NCBI GenBank assembly: GCA_043228905.1
Contig: JBHGNT010000009.1
Location: 14,632,001-14,696,000, forward strand
Source: Azolla caroliniana
Taxonomy: Eukaryota; Plantae; Polypodiophyta
Reading direction: 5' to 3'
Length of the DNA: 64,000 nt
Shown one piece after another: positions 44,801 to 59,190 of this stretch; within the stretch, counting starts at the first letter, position 1; every line of letters starts with the position of its first letter. A program made the translations under genes and the position numbers. The notes beneath the pieces are model-generated. The model was not told the origin of the DNA and made no database searches. It saw only the letters and a program-made list of their open reading frames with translations.

Positions 44801-47789
44801 CACATCCTAAATCACCTAAGAGTATGTGTATTGGCTCAGACTCTTCGAATATCTTCCCGGAAGCTATGGGACGTCCATCAATCACTACTACACAACCTGG
44901 ACAAGGAAGTGTATGCAAGGATATTTGGTGTTTTTGGGCAAAATATCTATCCATGAAACAAGAATTGGCTCCAATATCTGAGAGGGCTTGGACTTTAAGT
45001 TGACAACTCGGTGTCCTAACTTGTACTTGGGCTGACAAGACTCTACTAACATGCTTGGAAGAAATGGAAGACTCTACTAACATGCTTGTACATATCTAGG
45101 GTTGTCCAACCAAATGGGTCCTATTTTGGCCGGACTTATTCATTTGACTCCTCTTCTAATTGGCTTAGGACTTCAAACTTATTGGACACGGGTGGATTAT
45201 TCATAATATTAGATTCACAAACTGCTTCTAAAATGTTGGACTCATTTTTATTGTCATAGTGAATTTGATTTACTTGACATCTCGGCCTACGGGAGCAATA
45301 AATGGTTATATGTCCTGGACCTCCGCAATATAAGCACAGACGGTTTGCTCGGCATTGTTGCTTCTCTTCGTCTGACACCGGTCCTCGTTGTTGAGTCATA
45401 TCGATCTCCATGGGTGTAGGACTATCCATTGGGACTGGACTACGTGTTTTGCCTTGGAGTTGGAGTAGGGCTATATGTTTGCCTTGGGGATGATTGTGTC
45501 GTTACTGATGCATAAGTTCGTGTGAATCTTGATCTTATTATTTGTTGTTGTCGCTCACATTGACACTCAAAAAAGCGATTATCACACTGTATTTCTCGAC
45601 TAATAGCTTCTCTAAGTGACCTTGGATCCTCGGGGAAGGTAATCTAAGTAAGTCTTTCACATCACTACGAAGGCCTGAAGGGAATTGCTCCATTAGGGTT
45701 GTTCATCCCAAGGAATATCGCTTGCGATGAGACAGAAATTGGCTGCATATGTCAAAGCTGGCTGATCATCTTGACGTAGTGTAGCAATCTTGTTGATAGT
45801 TGTTCTCGCCCCATCAGTATCTCCGAAACAAGCCTTAAATTCTTTGATAAATTCCTCGAAATTATTCAGTAGAGGAAAATTTGTCTCTAGCAATGGAGCA
45901 AACCACGACAACGCTATGTCAATCAATAAGGTGACCACTAACCCAACTCGTGATGCATCTGTCGGATAACACATTGTCGTGAAGAAAAGCGGCCTTAAGA
46001 GGAGTTGGAGGATAAAGAGGGTGAACCGACCTTTACATGTGGACGCGTAAATTGACAAGTTTGTACAGAACTAGGAATAGGTCGGCCTAATGTAAATATA
46101 CTAGGTAGAACGTATTTATTAGCTACAAAATAGATGTGTATCTTTGCTCGGAGGGACAGAGAATAAACACGATGTAAATAGGACGTGATAGCCCTCCCCG
46201 GCGGCTATAATGGGAAAGGAGAGAAGGCTTAAAGGGGATCGCGTTGTGGCGAAGATGAAATGCTATCGAACTAGGAACCAAGCATTCTTCTCCTCATTCT
46301 CGTTGATCTCTGCAGATTTTGGGTCGGTTGCCTCTACTCGCGAGAGAAGCCCAAGCGCTTCCAGCAGGGGATCCACTATGTGTTTCGGGTGTGTGTGTGT
46401 TTGATCGGACACTGTCGTGCCGATTTTAATCTTGGGAGCATTGTAATCACTTATTAGGTTGAATCGATTCTTTGAGTTGTCGTCTCCCGGTGTATCTGTG
46501 TGCTCTCTAACTCGCTATTTTCTTGTGACCAGTTGGGAGCGTGCTCCTTGTCTGCTCTTTGTATGATGTCGTGTTTCCGGTGAGCTGGTGAGAGCTAGTT
46601 GTGTTTTCGTTTGGTCCGGTGAGCACTGCGTGCCGGTAACAGGACTTGCCGGCCCTCGTTCAACTACTCATATATAGCTGGTAATCGTAGGCTCATCGCT
46701 TCTACTCTCTTCCCCTCCCTGTTTCATGCACTCCTCGGTCTAGGGCACCCATGATCCCGCCTTAGTTTCCCATGCGCAAGCGTAACGACACGACGTAAAT
46801 TTGGTGAACCCGACGTGAAACAAGGTGGTAGAGGAGTCGAAGATGAGGGGATCTGAGCTATCTGAAGCTATGGCGGCAGCTATTGATCGGATAGTAAATG
46901 CTCGCGAGGGCACAAGTGCTCTCGACAGGGCCATCGAGGCGATTGTCGACACAATAGGCCGATTCGGGGGGAAGAACGTTATGAGCTATTTGGAGGCCTA
47001 CCGAGCTGAGATGGTGATGAGGGACATTTCGGAGGACAGAAGACCGGCCGGATTCCCTCAGATGGCGACACCGGGCATCCACATAGAGGTGCTCGAGGTA
47101 CAAGCCGGGTGCCGGACTTGGGGAGAATTCGAAGGGCGGCTCCTCGAAAAATACGGGCTCGACGATGCGCTTCAACTATTGAAGCAGGACTTCATGGAGT
47201 GGGTAGAGACCCCCGGAAAGGGGAGGAACACGTCAATGCTTCTCCGGGAGTTTGAGGAACGCTTCGCTCAGCTCTCGGAACTGGACAGGACCGTGTTGGA
47301 CACGAGCCATGTCCTGTTATTCGTCAAGTTTGTGCACATGCAGGACCGAGAGCAAGTGGGTCTTCTGCTGGACACGGATGAAGGGCTCACGACTGACTGG
47401 GTCGTGGTGAAAAGGGTCTGCAGCCGTTTTGACAAACTATGGGAGTGGAGCGATGAGGGGTCGTCGACAATGGGACTGGTCGCGGCAAGGAAGCTTGAGG
47501 AGCCGTGCACGGCGCGAAAGGAGGAGACTTGAAGTTGGCTTGAGTCGGGTTCGGCCCCAATCATCGTGGTCAAGGGTTCGTCCGGAGTAGCGGCTCTAGA
47601 AGAGCTAACGTAGATGGTGTATGACCTTCAAATCGCATAGGCCCGGAGAGTGTTGCCTCTTAGGAACACGGTCCGTGGTCAGTCCTTCGACCTAGACCCC
47701 AAGGTGGGTGTGGAACAACGAACAGAGCTCAAGTGTACTACGTAAGGAGAGAACCTCTGTAATTCCTTCGCGTATAAGGGAAGACGACT

Positions 47790-50659
47790 CCTCTACTTGG
47801 TCGGCCTGGTTTCTCCCGGAGTCGCCTTCGCCGTGTGCGAGTGGTCCGGGTACGGTGGGCTCTTCTTGAGTTAGTGGGTTGGGCTCCGCCGTTGGCGTGC
47901 TTGTAGTCGGCTGCAGCTCAGCCTCTATTGTTAGTCCTCCGCAGTGTTGGCCGTTTTTATGTGTCCCTGGGCGTGGGGCGGGGATTCTGCCTGGTCCGCA
48001 CTATTTTCTGCGTTTTCTGAAGATGGTGTGGGCTGGTGCGGCTGGACCTCTTGTTGGTTAATGGTTTCGTTGTCTGGTCCCATGGGGAACTCCACTCGTT
48101 CGTCCTTGCTATTCTCCCCCGTTATCGTCCCTAGTGATCGGGCTTGAGGTTTCTCTTCTTCGGTTGTGACCAGAATTGGTGTCCCGTTGGGTTCCTCGTT
48201 TGTGTGCGTGTTGCCGGTTTGTGTGATCTAGTGAAATAGCTCCTCCTGACTTTCACCAAAATCATCTAGGAGTTGTGCGAGTTCTTCGAAGTGTTGGTCT
48301 GCTAACGCACGATAGTCTTGCGCTAGGTCCTCCCGTACGGTCGCAATGCTCTCCTCATTTACCTTATAAAACCCTCAGCCGTCTTTCCGCCGGTTCTCCC
48401 AGTCCGCACGATACGCATGCAATTCCGCTGCTTGGGTTGCCCATGCCATCCATCCTTTGTCCAACACCGTTTTCAATTGCACTGTGAACCTTTCCCGGTT
48501 GGTTTGGAGAAGGATGCGCACGTTATCCGTGATGGCTTGACAGCGGTTGCGTGCATCCACCATCGACTTCTGGAGATTCGCGATTTCCTGTTGTTTAACG
48601 CCTGCCGCTTCCTCATACGTGGCCTTCAGGCCCGCCCACAGCTGGGATTCCTTTGCATGTTGTTCTTCTAATTTCCCCATTTCATTGTTTAGGCGGATTT
48701 CGAGTTGATGCCTTCTGTCTTGTTCGACCACCAACTGCTCATCGAACCATACCTTCTTTTTTTCTAATAAGGCCCGCAGTCCCGCTATTGCCGCCTCTGA
48801 TTTCTTCGCGTCCTCTCGTAATTGGGTGTTGTCGTCTTTTGTCCGGATGTGCTGGGCTACCTCCATAGCTAGTTTCTCTTCAAGAGTTTTTACAGTCTTT
48901 CGTCCGTTAGCCCATATCTCCTTTCCTCTGTCGGAGGATTGGCGTAGTTCTGCTGGAAGACGGTCAATTTCGGATTCCGCTAGCTGCACATCCCTTTTTG
49001 CTTTTGAGGCGAGGGTGGTCTGAGCCTCGATTTCTTCTTTGAGAGCGTTGATAACGTGGTTCGGTGGCGGGGTTTCGTGTTGCGCCGTAGTCGCGTGAGC
49101 TTCCAACTCCGCGATGCGTGCGTTGGCCTTTTGTAGTTCGGCTTCGGTCAGTTTAACCTTCTTCCAAACATTCTTATTTTTTATGGCCATCTCCTTGGCG
49201 CCCGTGCTGACCTTTGCCAGTTCCCGATGGACTTCGACTAGGGCCGTGTTCAAGGGTGGTATCTCCATCCCTACTCGCCGTACCCCGGCGTTCCTCTGTC
49301 TGCCGACCCTGGCTAGGCGGTCCTCATCGTCGCTCTCCATTGTTTGTGTTAGGGCGCGCTCTATCATCTGACGTTCCGCATGCTCCTCGGCCATTCGTTG
49401 GGCGGCTTTGACCTGTTGTGTTGCCAGGAACTCCATGAGCTCGAAAGAGGTGCCGAACTGTAAGAGGGCACTGAATTCGTGGGCCGTATCCGGAATATCC
49501 AGATATGCCAAAACCTCGCTTTCCGCCGTCAATACGGCTTTCCCACGTTGGGACTGAGTTGTAATAATCGGCCGCAGCTCCCAGATGATTTCGAAGGTGG
49601 TATTCGGCTCTGCTGTTGCGGAGCCTTCGCCTTCGGTCGGGGCCTCCAAAGCCGTGGGGGCGTTTTTTACCAACCCCCGCCCATCTTTCTTGTCCAATCT
49701 GCGCCGCTTTGGTCTAGGGTTTTCCCGCCGTGCTTCGGTGTCTGGTTCTGGGGTTGCTTCCATGGGGCGTCTTGGCTATTCCTCCTGCGTCACCCGTGTG
49801 TCTGGCTGGTCGGTAGGAAGTGTTGTCCTTGGACCTGGTTGGGCCGGTTGAGGTTCCTCCTCCCACTCTGGGGCCGCTAACTCCGCTAACCTGCATTTCG
49901 CAGAGCGAGGCAGGGCCGTGGGTTCGCTGGGCTGCGGTGCTGCGGTGCTGGCAGGCCTCGGGGTGGAAACAGTACCGTACGGTATTGTTGGATGATTGGC
50001 CTGAGCTTTTTGCCTGCTTGGTACGCATGCAAGCCTTCCCTTAACGTCGGCCCTGTGATGACCCCCCAGTCGAATGTACGCCCTTCAAAGGTGTCAATAA
50101 TGATGTCCACCTTCTGCTTAGGCATCCCGTATGCGTTGACATGGACGCAGCCGATTTCCAGTAGGAACTTGGCAACTTCACAGAAGAAGGGATCCGGAAT
50201 CTGTTTTGTTCTATAGACCTTGGCGGAGGATGAATATGGGCCAAAATACCGCTGTAGCGCCTCTATAGGAGGTATTTCGAAATGTCTTTCGCCTAGTGAG
50301 GATAAGTCTAACTTCTTCCGAATGGAAGAGTTGGTGACCGTGTCGATGTTAAGCCGCCTGGCGATGTCCATGGCGTCCGGGTGTGGAGGTGCTTCTGCGA
50401 CCCAAATGTAACCATCCAGGCGCTTCTCTACGAGCCATCGGCATAGGGAAGTAGAGATGAAGATCGGCATTGCCAGAGTAGGTTCGTGGAGAGGAGACGA
50501 GTAGTAGTGGTGAGTTGGAGCTCTGAGATAGGATGGGGAAGAAGGTGAGGAGGAGGAGCGATGGGAACGCTGATAGCTAGAAGATGGGTTTCTGCTTTGT
50601 GGAGACAATCTTCTGTTTCCTTCTTTTTGTGGCTTAGGGTTCATTGGGCGGTGAGCCAT
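47790..50659 (-). pseudogene. Extra coiled-coil ORF, copy 2
   Basis: ORFs 49886-50659 and 48375-49763 homologous to copy 1; PKRRRL motif. Confidence 0.8.
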
Positions 50660-50815
50660 CGTGGTGCCGCGTGTTCTTGAACTAGGAGTTTGTGCATGCC
50701 TTTAGTCGTTTTAATAGTCGCTATCTTCTCTTTTTCTTTTTTCTTTTTTTCTTTTTTTTCGTAACGGTTATTTACAACCTATTTTTACATTATAGTACAA
50801 ATGGGACTGTCCATT

Positions 50816-53800
50816 CTACGTTGCAGGTTCTCCAGCTTTGTCCCATTCGGTGGTGAATGGGTTAGGTGGCATAGGGCCCAAGTAAGGTTTGAGCCGAAAC
50901 CCATTCACTTTTTGCCGTACAATTTCTCTATCCAGCGTTCCTAGTTGGAACGTGCCCTGTTCCGCTCCAATTACCCAGTATGGGCCGGTCCAGCGGAAAC
51001 GTAGCTTCCCCGACATCTGGCCCATGCGTGTTTGAAAAACTACCACCGCTCGGCCCACGGCAAACGCCTTTTCCCTTGCGCTCCGATGTCGATCGACAAA
51101 CGCTTTACGCCATCGTTGTTCCTCTTCCAACACAGCCATGCTGTGGACATGTTTTTCCCCTAGTTCAAGGAGTTGGTAGAGTCGTTCCTCCTCCGACTTG
51201 GCTTCTCATAATTGGTTCCGTACCTGAATGCGCAAAATAGGTACCCGAAATTTGACCGACATCACAGCCAGTACCCGAAATTCGACCGAAATTTGACTGT
51301 ATGCTTGTTTTGTAACTAGTTCTGTATGCCCATAATGCACTCTGGAGTTTGGTATCCCAGTCCGTTCTATTTTCATTGACGGTTTTCTTCAAAATGGTCT
51401 GTAAAGTTTTGTTCGTGGATTCCGCTAATCCATTCGCCTGCGGGTAGTATGGCATGCTCTTCTTGTGGACTACTGCGTAATGTTGTGTTAGTTCCCGAAC
51501 CACCGTATTGAGGAAGTGGCTCCCCTGGTCATTGATGAGCTCAATCGGGCAGCCGAACCGGCACCAGATGTGCTCGTACAGAAATTTGGTTTTGACGGCC
51601 GTCGTATTTTCCTGTAGTGCCTTTGCTTCTGCCCCTTTTGGTACAGTAATCCGTGGCTACCAATATGTATTTGTTGCCCGTACGGACCGCTATTGGTGTG
51701 AAGGGCCCCACAAAATCCAATCCCCACTTTTGGAAGGGGTCCAGCGGTAATACGGGCTGGTGTGGCATCCTTGCGTCCTCCGCGGGTTGACCCATCCGCT
51801 GGCACAAATCACCCTTTCTACAATACTCGGATGTGTCCTTCTGCGTTGTTGGCCACCATAAGCCCGCCTGCCATACATTGCAGGCTGTCACGTTGCCCGT
51901 GTAATGGCCGTCGGTCGTGCCGCAATGGCCGTCGGTCACCAAATGTCGTCACTTCCTTTGTGATATAAATTCCCTTCGACCACGCAGAAGTGACAGCTTC
52001 GGACGGCTAGTCGTTTCTTCTCGTCTGTGCGTAATTGTGGTGGAGGTAGTCTTGTAGTTAAAAAGTACGTCATTTCCATAAGCCATCGATCCGGAAAGGT
52101 AGATTCCGTTTTTTCTGCAAATGTCGCTACTCGCCAGATGTCAGCGTTCAGAAAATCGTCGTCGTCTTTCTGTACTGTTTCTCCATTCCCAAGTCTGCTC
52201 AAAAAATCCGCCACTGCGTGTTGCGTCCCTGGCCGGTGCTGAATTACGAACTCGAATTCCTGGAGCAACAACATCCACCGCGCCAATTTCCCTGTCAGGG
52301 CTTGTTTCTCCACCAAATACAATAATGCCGAATGATCCACGTGGAATGTGAATTTCCGTCCTAGTAAATAATGTCGGAATTTATTGATGTTATAGATCAT
52401 CCCTAGCGCCTCCCGCTCTGTTGTGGAATAGTTACGCTCCGCTGCTGACCATTTACGACTTACGTAGTATACTGGCCTGTACCAGTTTGGTTCGGTGAGT
52501 TGCATTAGCGCGCTTCCTATTGCTATGTCCGAGGCGTCGACGAACACGTGGAATGGCTTCGCCCAAACTGGAGGTTGTACGACGGGGGCCTGTGTGAGCA
52601 TTATCTTAAGTGCCTCATAGGCCTTATCCTCTGTTGCAGTTCATTGGAAAGGAGTCCGATGTACGGCAGCGTGTAGTGGCGTGGCGAAGTCCGCCAAATA
52701 CCGTATCATCCGACTATGCCACCGTATTTGGCCGAGAAATCGGCTAAGTGATTTGGCATTTGTCGGAGTTTGAGCTTGCATAATAGCGGAGATCTTGTTT
52801 GAGCTTGCATTCCTTCTTTGCTGACACTGTGGCCTAGGAGAGTCCCGCTGGTCACGCCGAAGGCACATTTCGCGGGATTCAGGCTTAAGCGTGCGGTGCG
52901 GCAACGTTCCAGGCGCAGACGTAAGTGTGAGAAATGGTCATTTGTTCGCCCATATACCGCAAAATCATCTGAAAAGACTTGCATGAACGCCGGAATGTAT
53001 TCCCCAAAGATCTCCGTAATCGTTCATTGAAATGTTGCCGGCACTGTTTTTAGCCCGAACATCATGACGACCGCCACATATACTCCCCAATTCGTGACAA
53101 ATGTCGTCTTCTCCTGGTCCTCGGGGTGCATGCGTACTGGTTATAGCCACTGAAACCATCTAAGAAACTGTACATCTCATGGCCTGCGATGGCGTCCAGC
53201 ACGCTATCGGTGAAGGGTAAGGGAAATGCGTCTGTAATGGTTACGACGTTTAATTTTCGGTAATCCACGCATACCCGTGTTTTGCCGTTTTTCTTTGGGA
53301 CAACCACTATCGGGCTAAGCCATGTCGCTTGTTTAACTGGCCGTATGAACCCCGCCCTCAGCAGCTTGTCAATTTCTTCTTTCACGCGGGTCGCGTAATT
53401 GGGGTTCATGCGGTAGCGGCGCTGCTGGACAAGTTTCGCATCCGTTGCTAAATTGATCTTATGCTGATAGAACTTGGGATCTAACCCCTTCATGTACTCG
53501 TGAGCCCACGCGAACACATCTTTATATTCCATGAGTAGTGCGATCATTGTGGTTCTCTGGTCCGGCCGCAATTCCTTTGCTATGAAGAGGAACCAGGGTT
53601 CCGATCTCGTACCCACATTCACTTCGTCGAGAGCGGAAGCGGTGACTCATCGTGAAATCTCCATTTCCCTTTCGAAGGCCGCCCGTGCTCTGCTGAGTTC
53701 CAATATGGACTCTGGGTTTGGTTCGTACGGCTCTTCGTTTGGAACAATGGCCGTAGTATATTCTGCCGCAGTTGCGATGACATCTATTTCGAACAGCGGA

Positions 53801-56130
53801 ATAATCCGAGGATGTTCGTCATTGTATGCTTCCAATTCGGCATCCTCCACCCCAGCTAGCATATTGATGTCTTCCGCATATAACGGTGTTATACCCTTAG
53901 GTTGTGGCGTGTTGCCTTCCGTAGGTACATGAACCTTGGTGCGTCCATGGCGGAAACTGATACACTCGTGTTGCCAGCTCTGCTTGATATTTGTTGTCCG
54001 AAGCCATGGTCTGCCCAGAAGCACTGGGTACGCTCCTAGGGCATCCAAAGCGAGGACGACCGCCGATATGTCGAAGCGGTGTCCGCCCACGATGATGCCT
54101 ATTTTGCGAATTAGCCCCAACGGTCGCACTGATCGGGTATCTGCCATGCAAAGCCAGAATGGACATGCCTCCCATTCGAAAATGCCCAACTGCTCACAAG
54201 TTTTCACGCTAATCACATTGACGCCTGAGCCGCCGTCGATTACGCATCCAGGAACTTCCTGTCCGTGCAATATTACTGTATTGGCCGGGTTGTGCTGATC
54301 CACCACTGGTGGTCCCTCGCTGACGTCTGCCAGGTTTGTGGCAACGATCGCCCCGGTCATGCCGGCCACCTGTGCTTCTATGGTCTGGCGGAAATGTGGA
54401 ACTAGCTGTAGCAGTTTTTCCATAGTTAACGTGATTTCACAGCCTGCTAACACCTGCCAAATGGGGTCCGGCCCCGTTTTTTCGTTCTCTGTTCGCTCCA
54501 TTGTGTTCGCGGACTCCTGCCTCATATGTTCCGTATTGGTCGCGTTTGCTTTTTCCACCCAGGCTTGGGCTTGTCGTCGTACTCGTCCTGCGCAGCCCAA
54601 TCCGCCGTTTTCGTTTGCTGGCGTGTTGTGACTTGTTGCACCTCTACCGTAATTGTGTTGACGGCGGGCCCCTTTCCCTTGTGTGTTGGGCATTGCGTGG
54701 CATAGTGTCCGGGTTGCTGACAAATAAAACAATGGATGCTTGATTCGCCCTTCTCAGCCCCAGGTGGAGTTTGCCGCTCTCCGAGCGCTACTTGCTCTCC
54801 GCGGTCCGGCCTCGTTTGTCGGAACGTACGCGGTGGCTGCTGTTGGTCCTGTCGTTGTTCCTAGTGCCGCTCATCCCCCGAGCTTTCGTCGTAACACCGG
54901 TGATCCCTATATTGTCGAGGCTTACCCCGATAGCCATTGAAGCCGCCCTGTTTGTTTGTCGGGCGTTGATGTTCGTATCGTCGACCCCCTTTGGCGTAAC
55001 TCGGATGTCCACGATAATCCTCGTCCTCCGGGTCGTCCTCCTCGGACTCGTTGTGATTCCGGCGATTCCGGTTGTACCGGTCCTCCCGCGGGTTGCGATC
55101 CTTATACCGGGGTCGGTCTTCTTGCCTCCTTTGTTCTGCCTGGTGCGGTTGACGTTGTGTCCATGCTGCGGACCATGGGAGTGGCTCTGTTTAACATATT
55201 ACACTCGCATTGGTCGACTGTGTGAACCTTCGAGTGGCAGATTGGGTAGTGGATTCTCATATTGCACTCCACCACAGAATGCCCCGAGTTCAAGCAAATC
55301 GTGCACCGGATTGCTTGACGAAATTGGCATTCCTCATCCTGAGGTAACCCTTGTCGTAAGGATGACATCGAAAACCTCTCCTCCTCGTCATCCAACTCGA
55401 GCTGTAACGCTCGTTCAATCACCATATCCGCCGTTTCCCCTTTTGACACTATTGTTGTTGAGCGTTGCCCGGATGGGCCGGCGTAACACTGCCAGAAATG
55501 TCTCCCGAGCCTCCTCCTCCGTGGGGCTTCGATCTAGTTTTCGTCGTAAATTTTGGAAACATAAGCTGAAGTCTGCTATTGTCTCGGTCGGTAGTTGCTT
55601 AATTGTATAAAACTGCCTGAGAATCTCGTGTTGTGGAACCCTCCGGTGGAAGAATCGCAAGAAGGCGGACTGCAGCTGATCGAAGGTTGTTATGGCTAGT
55701 AAGTCCATCTGTGAATGCCAGAACGCCACACGCCCATCTAATGTTAATCCGAACTCCGTCATTTTTGACTGGTGTGCCACCGTCTCGGAGAGATTCTACG
55801 CCATGTGGTTCGCATTCCAAACGTTCAAGAACATGCGAATATGACTTGCGGCGTCGGTATCACCGTTAAAGCGGGGGTAGGCAAAGGCCATCGTGGGAGC
55901 TATGGTGGATCGGAAAAGGTCACTGGGTGGCTGCGGTGAGCGTTGTCCCCTCGTCTCGTCGAGGTATTTGGGGAGCAAGGAATCCCCTTTGCACTCCTGG
56001 CAGGTAGTACTGAGGTCGCCGATGCGCGGCTTTTGCCGGGCGCGTTCTTCTGCCTGGCGTGTGACGGACCTTGTTATTGGCCGGTCTTGTCTTGTTGGTT
56101 CTATGGGTCATCTGCGGCTAAACATCCATT
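50816..56130 (-). pseudogene. gag-pol of copy 2, disrupted
   Basis: VIDGGSGVN; LDGFSGYNQ; VDASDIAIG; KWGLDFVGP; WTGPY. Confidence 0.9.
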
Positions 56131-57612
56131 CGTTGTTGCTCGTCTGTGAGAAAACACAGATCACCAAGCATGCCAAAAGTGTTGCCTCTTAGGAACACGG
56201 TCCGTGGTCAGTCCTTCGACCTAGACCCCAAGGTGGGTGTGGAACAACGAACAGAGCTCAAGCGTACTACGTAAGGAGAGAACCTCTGTAATTCCTTCGC
56301 GTATAAGGGAAGATGGCTACAACCGAATCCTTATCACAGGTTACACTTACGTACTACTACGCTTACGTAGCCGAGACACGGACACTGAACTAGCCGAAGC
56401 TATACACTGAAACTCAGAGAAGATAGCATTCTATTATCAGGCGTTCTTTTACATTTCCCAAAATTTACACGCACCTCCATAAGAGGTTTTCTGCCCTTTA
56501 TATATGCAAGGTCTAATTAGCCGTTCACGCTTCCCGCGTGAACCGTTACATATGTTACGCTTATATAGTTTCTTATTCCTACGCTTTTGGCCGTCGGTTA
56601 CTATTCCGGCGGACAACAGAGAGACAGCGGAGGAAAGACACAAGACCGGAGGCCTCCGGCCGAACAACGTTGTATGTGGTACGACGCGGTCGGACACAGT
56701 CAGCGAGACTACATGGAGTTTAAGGAAGTGCTCAAAAGTAATGTGGTGTACTTGTGGAACGGGAGGGTGCACGCTAGTGATACCCGAAGAGCCCTAGAGA
56801 TGAATATCGGGTGCAGCGGAATGAAGCAGTTGATAGAGGAAGCGGCGGCACGCCATGCGGAGGCCGTCCATTATTCGGCATCGGCCGGGATCCAGGTCGG
56901 AAGCAACAACGATCGAAAGACGAAAGACTCCGGATTTTGTCAGTTGGTACTAGAAGGCCTCTCCGGGGTTCGACTGAAGAGGGAGGAGGCTGACCGCGCG
57001 GAGTAGTGGGTTCAGGAGGTTAGCGGGTGGGACGACCTGGTCAAGGAGAAGACCAGTTTCGTGGAAGCCGCGTGCCAAAACTACGAAGTTCTGGTGGAAG
57101 ACAAGCGTGCGGGAAAGACTGGGGGAGCCGGATCCTTAGCTCGGTATGAGACCCGATCGGGACCGAAAAAGAGTAAAGTTGGTAATGCCGGCAAACCAAA
57201 CAGAGCAAAGCAAGCTGGTTACCGACTGAGCACGGAGATTGAGAGATCGACGGACTTGCGGAAAGTCCTCGAAGAATGGGTCCTCAACAGCAAGGTTGAG
57301 CTATCGTTGAGGGAAGTGCTCAGGATTGCAAAGAAGGAGTTCCACAACTCCATCGTGGACTTGGTGAAACGTAAACGACTATCGACGGAGCCGGAACCAA
57401 AGAAGCCCGTGGAGGTGCGGATGACGCACTTAGAAGACATGGCCTTGGAGGACAAGTTCGCGGAAAGCCACTATTCAAGGTTGCACTAGGCCAGAGCCAC
57501 TACGGACACCCCTGTTCGGATTGGTGACGTCCATGACCCGGTGGTGGCGTTGATTTGTTGACCGGCAAAGACTTGAAAGAAGGATAAAGTCCAGAATGGG
57601 AAAGGGATAATT

Positions 57613-58797
57613 AGGGCTCACGACTGACTAGGTCGTGGTGAAAAGGATCTGCAGCCGTTTTGACAAACTATGGGAGTGGAGCGACAAGGGGTCGTTGACA
57701 ATGGGACCGGTCGCGGCAAGGAAGCTTGAGTAGCCGTGCACGGCGCGAAAGGAGGAGACCTGAAGTTGGCTTGAGTCGGGTTCGGCCCCAACCGCCGTGG
57801 TTAAGGGTTCGTCCGGACTAGCGGCTCTGGAAGAGCTAACGTAGATGGTGCATGACCTTCAAATCGCATAGGCCCGGAGAGACAGCAGAGGACAGCCATG
57901 CGACCGGAGGCCTATGGCCGGACAATGGTGTATGTGGTGCGACACGGTCGGACACAGTTAGCGAGACTACATGGAGTTTATGGAAGTGCTCAAAAGTAAT
58001 GTGGTGTACCTTATGAATATCGGGTGCAGCAGGAATGAAGCAGTTGATAGAGGAAGCGGCGGCACGCCATGCGGAGGCCGTCCATTATTCGACATCGGCC
58101 GGGATCCAAGACGGAAGCAACGACGGCCGAAAGACGAAAGACTCCGGATTCTGGTAGTTGGTACTAGAAGGCCTCTCCGGGGTTCGACTGAAGAGGGAGG
58201 AGGCTGACCGCGTGGAGCAGTGGGTCCAGGAGGTCAGCGGGTGGGACGACCCGTTCGAGGAGAAGACTGGTTTCGTGGAAGCCGCATGCCAAAACTACGA
58301 AGTTCTGGTGGAAGACAAGTGTGCGGGAAAGACTGGGGGAGCCGGACCCTTAGCTCGGTATGAGACCCGGTCAGGTCCGAAAAACAGTAAAGTCGGTAAT
58401 GCCGGCATAACAAACAGAGCAAAGCAAGCCGGTTACCGACTGAGCACGGAGATTGAGAGATCAACGAACTTGCAGAAAGGAAGTGCTATCGTTGAGGGAA
58501 GTGCTCAGGATTGCAAAGAAGGAGTTCCACAACTCCATCGTGGACTTGGTGAAACGTAAACGACTCTCGACGGAGCCGGAACCAAAGAAGCCCGTGGAGT
58601 TGCGGACGACGCACCTAGAAGACATGGCCTTGGAGGACGACTTGGCGGAAAGCCACTATTCAAGGTTGCACTAGGCTAGAGCCACTACGGACACCCCTGT
58701 TCGGATTGGGGACGTCCATGAGCCGGTGGTGGCGTTGATTTGTTGACCGACAAAGACTTAAAAGCCGGATAAAGTCTAGAATAGGAAAGGGATAATT
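57613..58797 (+). repeat. Tandem duplication of 47382-47650 plus 56624-57612
   Basis: High identity; second copy has the empty site GCCCGGAGAGACAGC near 57872. Confidence 0.88.
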
Positions 58798-59190
58798 ATT
58801 TTAGAACCAAGAGTTGTTATCTATAATGATTATATTTTGAGAAGCGAACGGACGGACCCGGAATCGGTATGCCGATCCGGATCCGGACCAGTTCGTGACT
58901 GGTTGCCGGTTGGCACCGGTTTGTAACCTAGAGCCGGTGACTATAAAAGGACCCGATTAGATTGTAATCAGATAGCGGTTTATTAATGAAAGTGTTGTTG
59001 TTCTACATCTTGTTTAATCTTTGAAGCTTTAGTTAATTACCGTTCTGTGCTTAATAGAATCTTTCTTACGCGTGTATTTCGATCATTAACCACGCCGGTT
59101 AGTAGCCGGTTAGGAATACGTTGGTATCACAGTCTACGCCTACCCCACTTGCACTACCCCTTTGGTGAAGTGTCCTAGAGGGACACCCTG
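58741..59190 (+). mobile_element. LTR (58741-~59120) with degenerate Met-like PBS, inserted at the protease motif of the Trp element
   Basis: TGTTGACC start; TATAAAA near 58942; TGGTATCACAG at 59122. Confidence 0.65.

Larger units (their letters stand above)
31418..45974 (-). mobile_element. Degenerate chromovirus C: 3' LTR 31418-42166 (split by the 31474-41810 insertion), pol with RT-RNase H deletion, gag cut at 45974
   Basis: TGTCAG..ATGACA termini; PPT GGAGAGATAA; YEVATILDS chromodomain; SNRGPQF; KIDLRGAYNL; CLYCGGPGHITIYC. Confidence 0.85.
47651..56618 (-). mobile_element. Non-chromovirus gypsy element with extra ORF, copy 2 (3' LTR partly deleted)
   Basis: TSD GAGAG; LTR 56180-56618 and remnant 47651-~47787; colinear with 20634-29703. 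Confidence 0.92.
45975..58740 (+). mobile_element. Trp-primed gypsy element: LTR 45975-46795, PBS 46802-46818, gag to protease; interrupted at 47651-56623 and partly tandem-duplicated
   Basis: TGTCGTGA start; PBS-Trp; gag IGRFGGKNVMSYLEAY; KVELSLREVLRIAKKEFH homologous to 3905-4504. Confidence 0.85.
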
